Below are positions 62,373 to 64,000 of a DNA stretch of 64,000 nucleotides, piece by piece. Origin of the DNA: an uncultured Prochlorococcus sp. (lineage in GTDB: Bacteria; Cyanobacteriota; Cyanobacteriia; PCC-6307; Cyanobiaceae); contig CACPKH010000003.1 of assembly GCA_902634515.1 (NCBI GenBank), positions 6,627 to 70,626 on the forward strand. The letters run 5' to 3'. The stretch's first letter is position 1. Every line of letters starts with the position of its first letter. The notes under the pieces were generated by a model that saw only the letters and a list, made by a program, of their open reading frames with translations, ran no database searches and was not told the origin of the DNA. The position numbers and the translations under genes are program-made.

Positions 62373-64000
62373 ATGATTACTAAATCAAAGAATAGTTTCC
62401 TCAGATTCATTCCAAAATTAATTCCACATCGAAAGGAATTAATATTAGGAGGGTTGTGCATGATCATCTATGTATCATGCTGGCCTGTTCTAGCTGCACT
62501 AGCAGGTAAATTAATACCTTCAATTGGAGAAGGTGACTTTCCAGTTGTATTAAGAACAATAATTTTTGCACTTATAGTATTCCTAATTCAAAAGACTGCT
62601 CAGTTTGGACAAGATATTTTATTCGCGAATCCAGCCTTAAAGATCAGTCAGGGTCTAAGAGAAGATATATTTAGCAAACTACAAAGAGTTAAGATACAAT
62701 CAATCGAGAAATTATCATCAGGAGACATAGCCTATAGATTGACAGAAGATGCAGATAGAGTAGGAGAAGTAATATACAAAACTATACAAGATACAACACC
62801 TTCATTACTCCAGTTAATAGTTATTATAGGTTATATGTTTTATTTAGATTATCAACTATCTATAGCCACAATATTACTTGCTCCATTAATATCTATTTTA
62901 GTAGGTAAATTTGGAGAAAGGGTACTTGTAGCATCAGAAAGAAGCCAAAAAGAAGTAAGTAACCTAGCTGGATTATTAGGAGAAGGTATACAGATTCTTC
63001 CATTAATAAGGGCATTTGGGGTAGAATCATGGTTTCAAAAAAGATTTAATAATCAAGTTGATTTACATAGAAATGCCAGGTATAAATCACTTAAATTACT
63101 TGCCTTTCAGCATCCTGTAATAGGATTTATTGAAGCTACAGGAATCCTAATTGTACTAGGAATAGGTGCCCTTAGAATTCAAAACAATGGTATAAATGCC
63201 CAGGAATTTAGTAGCTTTTTTGCAGCACTTTTAATGTTAATTGATCCAATTAGCCATTTAACAACAAACTTCAATGAATTACAACAAGGTCAAGCTTCAT
63301 TAAGAAGGTTAGTTGAGATAGAAAAAGAGCCCCAAGAAATTGAATCAGTAAGGAATCCAACAAGTTTTAATTATAGTGATGAAGGAAATATAATTTTTAA
63401 AGACGTTTACTTCTCCTATAAAGAAGGGACAAGAGTTATAAATAATTTAAATTTAAATATAAATTCAGGAGAAGTAATTGCCTTGGTAGGGCCATCAGGC
63501 TCAGGGAAAAGTACTATATTCTCATTATTGCTCAGATTTATAAGTCCACAAATTGGCGAGATAAGAATAAATAATAAATTGCTTTCTGAAATAGAACTAA
63601 AAGATATAAGAAAGGAAATTGCTATTGTGCCCCAACGATCTAACATACTTTCAGGGACTGTAACTGATGCTATTAAGTTTGGAAGGACTTGTACTGAAGA
63701 TCAAATAATAAAGGCAGCAAAAATTGCAAATGCTCATAATTTTATTATTAATATGCCTAATGGATATGAAACTTTTATTGAAGAAAGAGGCACAAATCTA
63801 TCTGGAGGGCAATTGCAAAGAATATCAATTGCGAGAGCCCTATTAGGAAACCCTTCGATCCTTTTATTAGATGAGGCTACTAGTGCATTGGATTCCGAGG
63901 CCGAAAGATCTGTACAAATGGGGTTAAATCAAGCAATGAAAGATAGAACAGTTTTGATAATTGCTCATAGACTATCTACCATACAAGAAGCTGATAGAAT
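62373..64000 (+). CDS. ABC transporter, fused permease/ATPase (MsbA-like exporter); 3' end lies outside the window
   Basis: Not in the track because the frame is open to the window end. Hand translation from ATG 62373 gives MITKSKNSFLRFIPKL... with a transmembrane domain. It is followed by Walker A GPSGSGKST, the signature LSGGQLQR and Walker B LLLDEATSALD. Confidence 0.85.
   Translation, partial: MITKSKNSFLRFIPKLIPHRKELILGGLCMIIYVSCWPVLAALAGKLIPSIGEGDFPVVLRTIIFALIVFLIQKTAQFGQDILFANPALKISQGLREDIFSKLQRVKIQSIEKLSSGDIAYRLTEDADRVGEVIYKTIQDTTPSLLQLIVIIGYMFYLDYQLSIATILLAPLISILVGKFGERVLVASERSQKEVSNLAGLLGEGIQILPLIRAFGVESWFQKRFNNQVDLHRNARYKSLKLLAFQHPVIGFIEATGILIVLGIGALRIQNNGINAQEFSSFFAALLMLIDPISHLTTNFNELQQGQASLRRLVEIEKEPQEIESVRNPTSFNYSDEGNIIFKDVYFSYKEGTRVINNLNLNINSGEVIALVGPSGSGKSTIFSLLLRFISPQIGEIRINNKLLSEIELKDIRKEIAIVPQRSNILSGTVTDAIKFGRTCTEDQIIKAAKIANAHNFIINMPNGYETFIEERGTNLSGGQLQRISIARALLGNPSILLLDEATSALDSEAERSVQMGLNQAMKDRTVLIIAHRLSTIQEADR

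Overview
By eye this is a very AT-rich (about 30% GC, not computed), tightly packed chromosomal segment. It looks like a marine picocyanobacterium of the Prochlorococcus type. The supporting genes are chlH, acsF, a ycf54-like gene, a psb30-like gene, a ycf20-like gene, a cbbY-like gene, hemJ and several cyanobacteria-restricted DUF genes. Nearly all of the window is core housekeeping. It includes B12-dependent methionine synthase, cobN and cobU. It also includes chlorophyll and tetrapyrrole genes (chlH, acsF, hemJ), DNA repair genes (uvrC, recJ, mfd), amino-acid and nucleotide biosynthesis genes (ilvE, dapF, dapB, argC, purN, ribBA, folP), central metabolism genes (pgi, tpiA), leuS, fmt, rpmF and one tRNA(CAU). 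I found no transposases, integrases, CRISPR arrays, restriction or toxin modules, or phage genes, so I cannot support a claim of a novel defence or mobile system here. Three items are most worth a second look. (1) An FtsH paralogue keeps an intact AAA+ ATPase but has a degenerate zinc-protease motif (HQIGK instead of HExxH) and no first transmembrane helix. (2) An RNase II/R-family protein with an S1 domain appears to have lost its catalytic Asp cluster and its motif IV arginines. (3) A compact cluster of acsF, an extended plant-type ferredoxin and a ycf54-like gene looks like a complete oxygen-dependent Mg-protoporphyrin cyclase module. Two small genes missing from the ORF track were found by reading the sequence: rpmF (58 aa) and a 27-aa psb30/ycf12-like ORF. 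All family assignments come from motif recognition by eye, not from database searches.
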